A stretch of 64,000 nucleotides of DNA from Candidatus Thorarchaeota archaeon (GCA_048884785.1 JBHLQM010000004.1:41227-105226); one strand, 5' to 3'; positions 29,886 to 39,604 are shown, counted from the stretch's first letter. A program made the numbers and translations. The notes: generated from the sequence alone by a model not told the origin.

Positions 29886-30697
29886 TTGATTGCCTCCCTA
29901 ATCCGCCTCAGCATGTCTTGGCTGCCAAGCAAACGAATTACCTCCTCATCATCTTCAAACAATTTCAGTGCTAGCCATCGAGGAGGAAAGCGGTCAATTA
30001 GCCCTTTGTTTTCTTCTAAAATGGCTACAATGGTTTTTAGCTTCGATTCAATTTCCCGACTATATTTTATCGCAGGTGGCTTAAGTTTTTCAAACTGGCC
30101 ATGATGATGATGCTTGGGATGGTAATGCATATGATCACTTTGATTATTCTCTCCAGGGAGATGTCCAATTGTAACGACTTCTCCATCTTCAACTAGATGT
30201 GTATGATTTGGAACAACATCAAGAATTGCCTCTTTTAATTCGTCCATTCCCTTCTTTTTTGTGGCGGTTGAAATTACCATTGGGCAACAGAGGATTTCAG
30301 ACAGCCGTTGTACATCAATCGTATCCCCCCTGGCTTCCACAATGTCATACATATTCAGAACAACTACAAGATTCAGCTGGAGCTCAATCAGTTGAAGCGT
30401 GAGATAGAGGTTCCTCTCGAGTTGAGACGCATTTAGGACATCAACGACAACATCTGGACGATGGTCAATCAGGTAATCTCGAGCCACTCTTTCATCATCT
30501 GAAACTGCACTAAGACTATAAACACCAGGAAGGTCAATCATTTCAAACTCATGATCCATGAAGTCAAAATATCCGATTTTCCTCTCGATGGTTTTTCCTG
30601 GCCAATTCCCTGTATGCTGCTTTAATCCAGTAAGATTATTGAAGACAACAGACTTTCCTACATTTGGATTCCCAATCAATGCTACTTTAATTGGCAC
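29882..30697 (-). CDS. feoB: FeoB N-terminal GTPase/GDI portion, separately encoded
   Basis: G1 GNPNVGKS, GNWPGKT, DLPG, NMYD, RWLALKLFE; His-rich insert. Confidence 0.93.
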   Translation of the reverse strand: MPIKVALIGNPNVGKSVVFNNLTGLKQHTGNWPGKTIERKIGYFDFMDHEFEMIDLPGVYSLSAVSDDERVARDYLIDHRPDVVVDVLNASQLERNLYLTLQLIELQLNLVVVLNMYDIVEARGDTIDVQRLSEILCCPMVISTATKKKGMDELKEAILDVVPNHTHLVEDGEVVTIGHLPGENNQSDHMHYHPKHHHHGQFEKLKPPAIKYSREIESKLKTIVAILEENKGLIDRFPPRWLALKLFEDDEEVIRLLGSQDMLRRIREAIK

Positions 30698-31069
30698 CTA
30701 TTTCTCCACCACCTCTACGAGAAGTTTTGATGCCAATCCCTGACCCAGTGCTACTCTTGTCCCTCGCACCTGTATTAGAATAGGCCCGCTCTTTCCTCCA
30801 TGAATTACTTCGAAAACACAGCCTGATGTAATTCCCAGATCCAACAGTCTTCTTAGGATGCGCCTGCCACCAAGATGAAAACTTCTATCGATACCGACTT
30901 CATTATCATATCCACTGCGCCGATGTTTCTCTCGGTATTCATGTTCTCCTGAAAAACGTCTTCTGTCTTGTGCGATGCCTACGAACTTGCAAGTACGCCC
31001 TGATGGGATCTCAACCAGACTAAGGGTTTCAGTCTTTGTAGGTGAATCAGCTGTGTCGCTATGTGACAT
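30698..31069 (-). CDS. feoA: FeoA (SH3-like) with internal insertion
   Basis: RRLLDLGITSG...GPILIQVRGTRVALGQGLASKLLVE. Confidence 0.9.
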   Translation of the reverse strand: MSHSDTADSPTKTETLSLVEIPSGRTCKFVGIAQDRRRFSGEHEYREKHRRSGYDNEVGIDRSFHLGGRRILRRLLDLGITSGCVFEVIHGGKSGPILIQVRGTRVALGQGLASKLLVEVVEK

Positions 31070-31092
31070 TATCGACCCTCTGAGCTGTAAAA

Positions 31093-31112
31093 ATGTTAGT
31101 CAAGTCTAACAT
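31093..31112. promoter_or_regulatory. Inverted repeat over the predicted feoA transcription start (putative metal-repressor operator)
   Basis: ATGTTAG-TCAAGT-CTAACAT; minus-strand TTATAT box at 31133-31128. Confidence 0.55.
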
Positions 31113-31210
31113 TCCACCTGTGATGACATATAAGGATATTGAATAGGTCAATGTCGTCTTAATGAAGTACTCACCACAACGATTACATATTATCTTCACA
31201 TTCAGAAAGG

Positions 31211-32611
31211 ATGGAGAAGACCATGTCCTACTACAAGACACCGCTGAAATATGGCGAGATTGTTGTCGATGAATTCATCACCAGGGAACTTGAGAATGTT
31301 AAAGTCCTCAAAGTAGGTGATTTCCATCCTGATTTTATAGACCTTGCAGCTAAGCTACAACAAGTATTGGCCAATCCCATTGGATCAGAGCCGTTTGATG
31401 ACGTTGTGAGAGCGCGTTATGTTAAAGGTAAGCCAATCATGATTATTGTGGATGATAACACTCGTCCAAATATCCATACACGTGCCTTACTACCTCTCAT
31501 TTCCAAACGAATCTTGAGTCTGGGTGTTCCAAAATCAGACATTAGAATTATTATTGCGACTGGCTCTCACAAATTGCCTACTCCTGAGCAAATCCAGAAT
31601 CGTATACTGGGCTCAAAACTCTACACAGAGTGGAAGGATAATATCCTGATTCATGATTGTGACAGTGGCAACAAACAGATTGGATCCACATCCAGAGGGA
31701 CTCCCATCATGATTGATGAGAGAGTGCTGCAGGCATGTTTGCTCATTCCTCTATCAGACAGCGAGTATCATTATTTTGCTGGACAGGCGGGCACAGTCAA
31801 ATTGTTCTGTCCTGGTGTTGCAGGTCGGGAAACTATTCGTATTAATCACCCAAGAATGTTTGACTTGCAAAAGGGATTTGTTGATGGATGCAGATTGGGA
31901 AATTGCACCGGTAATCCTGTTATTGAGGATATGATTGAAATTGCATCAAAAGTAGGTGAGGGGCTTCCCATGTTTTGTATCGACACAATAATCCATCATG
32001 GAGAAATTGTATATGTTCAAGCCGGTGATCTAATTGATTGTCACAAAGCCGCTGCCGAGCCTCTTCGGAAGCTCCGAGTTGTTGATATCGACCATCCTGG
32101 TGATATCGTATTTGTATCAGTCGGAGAACTCGGTCTCAATCTCTATCAAGCTGGGAAGGGAATTCATGCAGCTTGGAATGCGGTCCGTCACGATAGAAAG
32201 GGGTGGATTGTCCTCCTTGCTCCTTGTCAGGACGGGATAGGTAGTCCAGCGTATGCTGAAGCGATGTATGCCGCAAAAGACCTAGAAGTCCGTGACGCAC
32301 TTCGGTATGTAATAGAAACCTATGGATCGGAAAAGACCTTCAAGATTGGCAATCAAAAGCCACCAGATCTTTTCAGAATACTATTGGATGTTGCAGAAGG
32401 TAATATCAAAGTCGTAACGCAGCTTGATCCAGATGAATTGAAGAATGTATATCGAATGGAAGCATGCAACCCAAATTCACCCGAAGATGGTCAGAGAGTA
32501 CTGCGCGAAATCATGAATCGATTCGTTCGAGAATCTGGTATTAGCAATCCTAGAGTATATGTTCTAGATGATTCTGGGCTTCTTGTCAATGTAAAGAATC
32601 AAATTAACTAG
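31211..32611 (+). CDS. larA: Nickel-pincer-dependent lactate racemase (LarA) family protein
   Basis: DDNTRP, ATGSH, HYFAG, GTVK, INH and YQAGK match the LarA catalytic positions. Confidence 0.88.
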   Translation: MEKTMSYYKTPLKYGEIVVDEFITRELENVKVLKVGDFHPDFIDLAAKLQQVLANPIGSEPFDDVVRARYVKGKPIMIIVDDNTRPNIHTRALLPLISKRILSLGVPKSDIRIIIATGSHKLPTPEQIQNRILGSKLYTEWKDNILIHDCDSGNKQIGSTSRGTPIMIDERVLQACLLIPLSDSEYHYFAGQAGTVKLFCPGVAGRETIRINHPRMFDLQKGFVDGCRLGNCTGNPVIEDMIEIASKVGEGLPMFCIDTIIHHGEIVYVQAGDLIDCHKAAAEPLRKLRVVDIDHPGDIVFVSVGELGLNLYQAGKGIHAAWNAVRHDRKGWIVLLAPCQDGIGSPAYAEAMYAAKDLEVRDALRYVIETYGSEKTFKIGNQKPPDLFRILLDVAEGNIKVVTQLDPDELKNVYRMEACNPNSPEDGQRVLREIMNRFVRESGISNPRVYVLDDSGLLVNVKNQIN

Positions 32612-32711
32612 TGACCAGTCCACCTGGTCACTCATCTTTGCTTTTAGCCAAACTCTCTTGGAAAATGCTACAGATCGTAACGAGTTCAATGGATTCAACA
32701 GTATGAAACTG

Positions 32712-33101
32712 TTACTCCTTCCAAAGCGATTCGATGCCTATTCTTGCCTCTTCAATCGAGAGTCTATCATCTGTCAGCAATTCCTTCAAAAGAGCCAGAA
32801 ATCCATCATCCAGAATGTAGTCCTTTTCAGCTATGAGATCCACAACTGCATCATGATTCCATTCTGCATCCCTGTCTTTGGTTGAGTGGATTGTCACGAT
32901 ACTGTCATTTCCAGTCCTACCAAACATAATTCGAATACTTCCGTACTCGAGTTCAGTGACCTCACCGCCTGTGACACCGCAGGCATAGCTCTGCATTGCC
33001 GATATGAATGATGTGAAGAGACCTTGGTGCATCTCAAGTGCATCAAAGCCAACTGAGGCCAGAGGAATACTGGCTTCATCGAAGACGATTATTCCTTTCA
33101 T
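32712..33101 (-). CDS. Stand-alone longin-like domain protein
   Basis: IIVFDEASIPLAS...GLFTSFISAMQSYA...GGEVTELEYGSIRIMF...IVTI: longin beta-beta-alpha-beta-beta-beta-alpha pattern. Confidence 0.6.
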   Translation of the reverse strand: MKGIIVFDEASIPLASVGFDALEMHQGLFTSFISAMQSYACGVTGGEVTELEYGSIRIMFGRTGNDSIVTIHSTKDRDAEWNHDAVVDLIAEKDYILDDGFLALLKELLTDDRLSIEEARIGIESLWKE

Positions 33102-33243
33102 ATCTCAAGCAACTCAACCATGAATGGCACAATTGATTACATTATCACATAAAGAGATGTCTGGTAGGTGCAGTAAACTGGTTTGAAGGAGACATCCTTC
33201 GAAAGCATGTCTCCAATTCATTTTTTATCGTGGTTTGGTCTGG

Positions 33244-34680
33244 CTAACTCATTTTCCACGTGGGGCCATCCTTGGTGTCTGAAACATCGATACCCATTTC
33301 GCCAAGTCTGTTTCGAATTAGGTCTGCAGTAGTCCAATCCTTGGCCTTCCGTGCACTCTCCCTGAGCTCTAGAAGAAGCTCGATGGTTCCCTTCAGCTTC
33401 TCAGCTGACTCACTTGAGTCTGCCGTTGAGCCTGTTGCTTCAAGATTGATGCCAATTATTCCAGTCAGCTCAATTAGGATTGCAAGTGCCTCTCGAAGGA
33501 CTGCAGCATTTCCGATATTTGGTGTCAAGGAGTTTGCAGTTTTTATGAAAGTGAAGATCTCGGCCATTGCACCAGATGTATTGAAGTCATCATCCATCTC
33601 CTTTTCGAATCCCTGTTGAAGGGCTAGAATGGCATCTTTCATCTGGGTATCTCCTTTGGATCTTCTTCCACTTGTCCTTTCCAGAATCATGATTCTGCCA
33701 CGAAGGGTATCTGCTGCATTCTTAATCCTTTCAAGACTCTGTATCGCCTGATTAAGGGCAGTCTTATTGTAGTCCAAGGGCTGTCGGTAGTTTCCTGAAA
33801 CTAGATAGAGTCTCACCGCTTGATGGTCGTAATTATCGAGAACCTCTCTTGCCGTGAAGAAGTTGCCTTCAGATTTAGACATCTTTTCTGAATCCATGGT
33901 CAGGAAACCATTATGTAGCCAATACTTGATTGGAGTCTCAATATTATATGCCGCTGCTGACTGAGCTATTTCATTCTCATGGTGCGGAAATATAAGATCT
34001 TGACCTCCACCATGAATGTCGAAGGGCAATCCGAGATAATACTTCCCCATGACGGAGCATTCTGCATGCCATCCGGGTCTGCCCTTGCCCCATGGAGATT
34101 CCCAAGAAGGCTCACCCGGTTTCTCAGCCTTCCAGAGTGCAAAATCTCTAGGGTCCTGTTTTCGGTCATCGACTTCAACTCTGGCTCCGGCATCTAGTTC
34201 GTCTGATGATACTCTCGAAAGAACACCATAGTGCTCCCATTCGCTAATATCAAAATAGACATCGCCGTCAACAACATAGCCCTTTCCATTTTTGATGATG
34301 TTTTCAACCATTTCAATGATATCTTCAATATGCTCAGTTGCACGAGGATTCACTGTTGCAGGTTTAAGATTGAGCTGCTTTGCTATAGCCAAGTATTCTG
34401 CAATGAATTGACTCGCCAGATCGCTAACAGCAATACCTAGTTCATTGGCACGGTTTATCATTTTATCATCAATATCAGTGAAGTTGGTGACATAGAACAC
34501 TCGGTAGCCTTTATACTCAAGATATCTCCGTATTGTGTCAAATATAGAGAACGACCTAGCATTTCCAATGTGAGGGTAATCATAGACTGTTGGACCACAT
34601 ACATACATTCTGACATTATTTCCATCCAACGGCTTGAAATCCTCTTTTTTCCGGGACAGGGTGTTGTATACTTTTAGCAT
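33244..34680 (-). CDS. cysS: Cysteine--tRNA ligase
   Basis: MLKVYNTLSR, YVCGPTVY, HIGN, PGWHAECS, DIHGGG, FPHHENE, KMSKS. Confidence 0.98.
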   Translation of the reverse strand: MLKVYNTLSRKKEDFKPLDGNNVRMYVCGPTVYDYPHIGNARSFSIFDTIRRYLEYKGYRVFYVTNFTDIDDKMINRANELGIAVSDLASQFIAEYLAIAKQLNLKPATVNPRATEHIEDIIEMVENIIKNGKGYVVDGDVYFDISEWEHYGVLSRVSSDELDAGARVEVDDRKQDPRDFALWKAEKPGEPSWESPWGKGRPGWHAECSVMGKYYLGLPFDIHGGGQDLIFPHHENEIAQSAAAYNIETPIKYWLHNGFLTMDSEKMSKSEGNFFTAREVLDNYDHQAVRLYLVSGNYRQPLDYNKTALNQAIQSLERIKNAADTLRGRIMILERTSGRRSKGDTQMKDAILALQQGFEKEMDDDFNTSGAMAEIFTFIKTANSLTPNIGNAAVLREALAILIELTGIIGINLEATGSTADSSESAEKLKGTIELLLELRESARKAKDWTTADLIRNRLGEMGIDVSDTKDGPTWKMS

Positions 34681-34854
34681 TAGCACTACCCTCGCGAAGA
34701 TTGAAGCATCCTCATAAAAAGGAGCCTGCAATTATTGCCCACATTTTCTACATATCTGTGGTGGAATCTGCAACTTGCGAATGGATGCATTCTAAAAAGG
34801 AGACCTCAAACTCATAAGTAGGTATAGTTTAATGAAAGAGGGGTTGCGAGGAGA

Positions 34855-35601
34855 GTGACCATGAAAAAGGAGGAAGTCATAACTAAGGCAGAAGAGCTTT
34901 GTACTCTTTGCGAGGAAAAGGCTGCAGAAACCTTGGTGAAAGAAGCACTTTCAGGATCCCCAGATGACCCTAATCTACAAACAGAACTTGCCATTATACA
35001 GTCCCGACTTGGCTATGATGGCAAAGCAGAAACTCTACTGAGGAGAGTAATCCGAAGCAATCCTAATCTGGAAAGAGCAGTATCAGCTTTAGGAAATCTT
35101 CTGAACAACTCTCTGAGAACAGATGAAGCAGCATCTCTGTATCGCACGTTTCTACAAAGTAATCCTCATGGGCATGTTGTACTTGATGATCTTTGCCGCC
35201 TGCTAATCGATGATGGTGACGAAAAAGAGGCTCTTAGGCTGGCTCGAAAACATGCAATTGACTATCCATCTGAACCACAAGCCTATGATGCATTGAGATA
35301 TGTTCTCGATCGCCTTGAAGATGACCTAGCTGATGAAGTTGCCGAGAATCCATCAAGCTCTAGTCATCTCAGAGACTTCGCGTCGAATATTATTGAGCAA
35401 TATTCAGTTCTCAAGAAAATGGAAGCGCAGGCTTTGGAACCAGGAGTTGATTTTGAGGATTTTATTCAGGATATACACGAGGATTTGATACGAATATATG
35501 GCGAGATGGATGACATTGCTTCAAGAAACGAAAGAAACGAAAGCCCCTTGCCTAGAGAGGTTATTAATGCAATCAATGAAGCGCTGGCTTCGAGAGAATA
35601 A
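34855..35601 (+). CDS. Tetratricopeptide repeat protein
   Basis: Repeated A..L....L...P.....LG units. Confidence 0.75.
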   Translation: MTMKKEEVITKAEELCTLCEEKAAETLVKEALSGSPDDPNLQTELAIIQSRLGYDGKAETLLRRVIRSNPNLERAVSALGNLLNNSLRTDEAASLYRTFLQSNPHGHVVLDDLCRLLIDDGDEKEALRLARKHAIDYPSEPQAYDALRYVLDRLEDDLADEVAENPSSSSHLRDFASNIIEQYSVLKKMEAQALEPGVDFEDFIQDIHEDLIRIYGEMDDIASRNERNESPLPREVINAINEALASRE

Positions 35602-35617
35602 CAAGCAAAGAAGATGC

Positions 35618-35914
35618 CTATTGCCACTGGTATCCAATAGAATCGAATTCTTGCGGGAATTCTACCTTTGTCAAGTAAATGATGTCTTGTTGTGATTCCT
35701 TTCCGAGCCAAATGTGAATATTCGAGCCTTCCAATTCTTGCAGCATTCTTATCCTCTGGTTTGAATCTAGCCCCATTACCTTTAGCAAACTCGATTGGCT
35801 TACCATTCTATCCAAATTCTTCATTGCTACAGCAAGCATTCTCTCTTTGCTTCCTGACTCTAAACCCAGTATCTCCTCGTCGCGAAGAACTGCCTTTATT
35901 CGCATATCTGGCAC
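35618..35914 (-). CDS. Conserved archaeal hypothetical protein
   Basis: MRIKAVLRD...SLLKVMGL...HIWL; protein-like composition. Confidence 0.65.
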   Translation of the reverse strand: MPDMRIKAVLRDEEILGLESGSKERMLAVAMKNLDRMVSQSSLLKVMGLDSNQRIRMLQELEGSNIHIWLGKESQQDIIYLTKVEFPQEFDSIGYQWQ

Positions 35915-36109
35915 CGTTTGGCTGAATTCCCTTAATCAAAATAAGGATGTGCATTTCATAGATTTCTGAGCGGTGCATGCTTCAACACAAGTTGTGAGGT
36001 CATTTTTCATCATTAGGAATAACTAAGCCATGACTCAGGACCGTAGCAAATGGTGCGCCTCCACAAATAAGAAGAGCCATTATAAGATCAGATGGTGACA
36101 GCAATCGGA

Positions 36110-36478
36110 TTAGCAATCACAATCTCCAATGCGAACGACAATTTCCTTTGATTCTTCAACAATATCTCCGAATGCTTGGTAGAAGTAACGAGCAGCCTCC
36201 TCCAATCCCTTCACGCCCTCTGAGGTGAGATGGTAGATTATTTGATTTCCTTCCTTCTCACCATGAATAAGCCGTCGTTCTTTCAAATCTTTCAGTGCTG
36301 GGTAAATTGTCCCTGGTGTTGGTCTATTTCCTCCTCTTCTTTTCCAGATTCTATCTGCTATTTGCTGACCATTCAGTTTTTCGTTTCGCAGCTCCCACAT
36401 GATTTGGAAGGTGAGAAATCCTCTCATATCGCAGCAATCGGGAGGACAGCATTCCGGTTCATTGGGAACTTCATTCAT
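36110..36478 (-). CDS. PadR-family transcriptional regulator with Cys-rich termini
   Basis: LNGQQIA, PGTIYPALKDL, YHLTSEG; ECCPPDCCDMRG at the N-terminus, DCDC at the C-terminus. Confidence 0.9.
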   Translation of the reverse strand: MNEVPNEPECCPPDCCDMRGFLTFQIMWELRNEKLNGQQIADRIWKRRGGNRPTPGTIYPALKDLKERRLIHGEKEGNQIIYHLTSEGVKGLEEAARYFYQAFGDIVEESKEIVVRIGDCDC

Positions 36479-36521
36479 ATCATAGCTTTCAGGTCAATAC
36501 ACTTAAATGTATCTGATATAC

Positions 36522-36541
36522 AATATTGGATGACCAATATT
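36522..36541. promoter_or_regulatory. Perfect inverted repeat, probable PadR operator
   Basis: AATATTGG-ATGA-CCAATATT between padR and a divergent small ORF. Confidence 0.6.
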
Positions 36542-36569
36542 ATTAAGGCAAATTGAAGAGGCTCAGTAA

Positions 36570-36701
36570 ATGCCAAAGAAATACAAGAAGAACAAGGTTG
36601 CGAAAAAAGGGATTCATGAGACCTGCATGAAAGTCACTGATGCAGACTGCACTTCAGGATTATATAATGAAAATGAATACTTCAAACCATTCATTGTCTG
36701 A
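36570..36701 (+). CDS. Small 43-aa basic peptide (not in ORF track)
   Basis: MPKKYKKNKVAKKGIHETCMKVTDADCTSGLYNENEYFKPFIV; GAGG RBS upstream. Confidence 0.5.
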   Translation: MPKKYKKNKVAKKGIHETCMKVTDADCTSGLYNENEYFKPFIV

Positions 36702-36804
36702 ATGGGTTTTCTACAAATTGCCTGTTCTTGATTTCCTAATCCAATGATTGCAACTGAATGATTCATTAGGATTCATTTACATATGAAAGAGCTGGGTATA
36801 TGGC

Positions 36805-37290
36805 GTGAAAACTGCGGCAAATATAGTAGGAACGCATCTTTTTCAACAGTATAGTTCAATGTGTTCCATGCTGCGAAAGGCTATCGCAAGCATTCCTGAT
36901 GAGAACTTCCACATTTGTGAGGGCAAATGGTACTACTCACTAACATTATACCACATAATTGAAACCATTGATTTTTACTCGAGGGCAACTCCTGAGGGCA
37001 TGAAATGGGGTTCAAGAGGCGGCTTTGATTGGAAGCTCGCCGAAGATGTCAAAACTGATGTCTTAGGAAAACTTAGCAAAGAAATGATCAACGTCTATCT
37101 TGATGACATGGAATCGAGATTGAACAATCTATTCAAGCAAACCGAAAATCTGTTTGATAGAGATGAGTTCGATTGGTTTGATAGTGCTTTTCAAAAGCTG
37201 GTATATCTATTGCGGCACTCTCAGCATCATATCGGAGAGCTTGCATTTGCGATTAGAAAACTGGGTATGGAACCCCTAAGATGGAAATGA
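36805..37290 (+). CDS. DinB-family protein
   Basis: YHIIE and RHSQHHIGEL metal-binding His pattern. Confidence 0.85.
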   Translation: MKTAANIVGTHLFQQYSSMCSMLRKAIASIPDENFHICEGKWYYSLTLYHIIETIDFYSRATPEGMKWGSRGGFDWKLAEDVKTDVLGKLSKEMINVYLDDMESRLNNLFKQTENLFDRDEFDWFDSAFQKLVYLLRHSQHHIGELAFAIRKLGMEPLRWK

Positions 37291-37291
37291 A

Positions 37292-37759
37292 TTGAAGGAG
37301 GTGAATCGGATTAAAGCAACTCAAATCGCCACAATCCGAAAACCCAATCCTAGTACAACCTACATAGAATTCAAGGAGAAGTATTGGCCTGGAGTGCTTC
37401 AACTTGATAAATTCTCACACATTATTGTACTGTGGTGGATTCATGAAAGAGACAGTAAAGAAAACAGAATGAACCTTCGCGATTATCCCCCTGTCGAAGG
37501 TGCTGAATTATCTGGAGTTTTCGCAAGTCGGTCCCCGGCTCGTCCAACACCGATTGGCTTATCCATAGTAAGAATAAAGCGAGTTGATGAAGATGAACTT
37601 AGGATTCTTATTGACCAAATTGATGCCATTGAGGGCACGCCTGTTATTGACATAAAACCGTACATGCCTTTCTCGGACAAAGTTGATAATTCAAGAGTCC
37701 CCAAGTGGTTTCTTCAGAACCAATCACGATATACTGAAAGACCATTTGAAGAAGGCTGA
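37292..37759 (+). CDS. trmO: tRNA m6t6A37 methyltransferase TrmO/TsaA family
   Basis: FSHIIVLWWIH, GVFASRSPARPTPIGLS, DAIEGTPVIDIKPY. Confidence 0.9.
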   Translation: MKEVNRIKATQIATIRKPNPSTTYIEFKEKYWPGVLQLDKFSHIIVLWWIHERDSKENRMNLRDYPPVEGAELSGVFASRSPARPTPIGLSIVRIKRVDEDELRILIDQIDAIEGTPVIDIKPYMPFSDKVDNSRVPKWFLQNQSRYTERPFEEG

Positions 37760-37765
37760 GGGATA

Positions 37766-38653
37766 TTATGAAAATCCGAATTCGTGTTTCTTGCCAGCTA
37801 TCGCCGATATCATAACCAATCCAGCTAGGCCGCTAAATATGACTGCGGCAAAAATCTCGATAAACAGTATATCTGGCTTTGAAACATAGATTACTTTTTC
37901 AGATCCACCGCTTCTCAATCGAGGATTGTGTGCGTTGTCTGTTGCATTGGGATTTGGTGAAACATAAACTGTAGCAGAGGAGCTGGCTGTGTTATATCCC
38001 AAATCCCAAACAGTCAGCGTACAAGTATAGGTTCCTGCTTTTAGATTGTATATTATTAGATAGAATCGGCAAATTTCCTCTTCCCAAGGTCCCTCTTCAA
38101 GTAGTATTCCGTTCATTTCTATTGTATAATGCGAAGGATTTGCATCGCGTGCAATCCAAGTGATATTGTGTCCTAAAGTTCCTTCAACAAATTCAAGGTC
38201 TTCAGCTGGATCGATCACTGGGACCTGAGAATCCTCTACATGTATGTAGATATCTGCTGTGAGTCTATCATAGTATAGATCCCATACCGTTATTCTGAGG
38301 AAATATACTCCAATGTCAAGCACATGTGTATCTTGTACTATAGCAGTATTGGGTTCTGATCCTGTTCCTATCACAAAATTCTCTTCATCACTAACACGCC
38401 ACTCATACCCAACCTCTCCGACAAGGATACTAACAGTTAACTCGAATCTATCGCCCAGTTCGATTGTTTGATTCGCGGGTTGCTCCATCCAACTTGGCAT
38501 GTCTGGAGCCGGTGTTTGAGGGGAGAATGCCTCCTTGAAAGTATGGTTCTGGTATTTCATTTCTGTACCTGCTATTGGTAATCCGAATCCAATGAGGATT
38601 AAACTGACTAGCAATGTTGTCATGGACAAAGCATTCATTCTCTCAATTCTCAA
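37766..38653 (-). CDS. Secreted, C-terminally membrane-anchored protein with Ig-like repeats
   Basis: Signal peptide; two G.Y...ITVWD repeats; C-terminal TM. Confidence 0.75.
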   Translation of the reverse strand: MRIERMNALSMTTLLVSLILIGFGLPIAGTEMKYQNHTFKEAFSPQTPAPDMPSWMEQPANQTIELGDRFELTVSILVGEVGYEWRVSDEENFVIGTGSEPNTAIVQDTHVLDIGVYFLRITVWDLYYDRLTADIYIHVEDSQVPVIDPAEDLEFVEGTLGHNITWIARDANPSHYTIEMNGILLEEGPWEEEICRFYLIIYNLKAGTYTCTLTVWDLGYNTASSSATVYVSPNPNATDNAHNPRLRSGGSEKVIYVSKPDILFIEIFAAVIFSGLAGLVMISAIAGKKHEFGFS

Positions 38654-38833
38654 TAGTCCTCACCTAACGCCCATTTCCATAGTTTCCATGAACAATATGC
38701 TTTCCAGCAAATAGGCATAATCCTGCTACACTAAACTCTCAACGATACTTAAAGAGCTTGAAGAAAGCAGCTTTCTTTGCCTAAATTGGTTGATTTATCT
38801 GGATGGTCCGAGATTGATGTTTCTGAATAAAAC

Positions 38834-39604
38834 GTGATTGCTGAATGGAATTCTTCAGATAGGCAAAGTATAGCGGCCATGTTTGAAGTACACAAGAGGG
38901 GAAGGGCAATGATTTTCTCATGGCTGGAGCTAGGCTTAGGTAAGATATTGGTCGATAAACAGCCAAATCCCTCTGTAGGCGCACTCTTTTTTCCTCCACT
39001 ATGTTTCATTGCAGGGGATAGCGACTCAGAATGCGCTATAGACCTAATTTGGGAAATTCCGCCACAAAATATCATGATTCCACCTGATGATGCTTGGGCT
39101 TTTCTTATTCAAAAGGAATGGGGCGACCAAACTCATATCCAGCATCGTACAAGAATGAGTCCAAAACTTCTCAGCATAGAACATATTCGCCGTCTGAGAC
39201 ATGCACTTCCATCTGGTTTTGGACTATATGAAATTAAACTTCAAACAATGCTAGATTCGGATTCATTTTTTTGGGAAGGGATGCTTCCATTTTTTGGGTC
39301 GTTTGAAAACTTCATTCAAAATGGGTTTGGGTATTGCATTAAGAGCGAGAGAAAAGTGGTAAGTGTTGCATATACAGCATTTCCCTATACACACGATTTT
39401 GAGGTTCAGGTGACGACCCTGAATAGTCCCAAGTACAGAAGGAAAGGACTTGCGACAATAGTGAGTTCGGCATTAATTGAAGATGGTCTTTCCAAAGGTG
39501 TGACTCCCCAATGGGATGCAGCAAATTCAGCTTCAGTCCAATTGGCGTTGAAGTTGGGCTATAGCGACCCAGATCCCTATGATGTCTATTATCGTCTGGA
39601 ATAA
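38834..39604 (+). CDS. GNAT-family acetyltransferase
   Basis: GFGYCI, YRRKGLAT, PQWDAANSASVQLALKLGY. Confidence 0.88.
   Translation: MIAEWNSSDRQSIAAMFEVHKRGRAMIFSWLELGLGKILVDKQPNPSVGALFFPPLCFIAGDSDSECAIDLIWEIPPQNIMIPPDDAWAFLIQKEWGDQTHIQHRTRMSPKLLSIEHIRRLRHALPSGFGLYEIKLQTMLDSDSFFWEGMLPFFGSFENFIQNGFGYCIKSERKVVSVAYTAFPYTHDFEVQVTTLNSPKYRRKGLATIVSSALIEDGLSKGVTPQWDAANSASVQLALKLGYSDPDPYDVYYRLE

Noticed and set aside
36699-36760. Several in-frame TGA codons after the 43-aa ORF (possible selenocysteine read-through)
   Set aside because: The read-through product resembles no selenoprotein I know and I could not identify a SECIS
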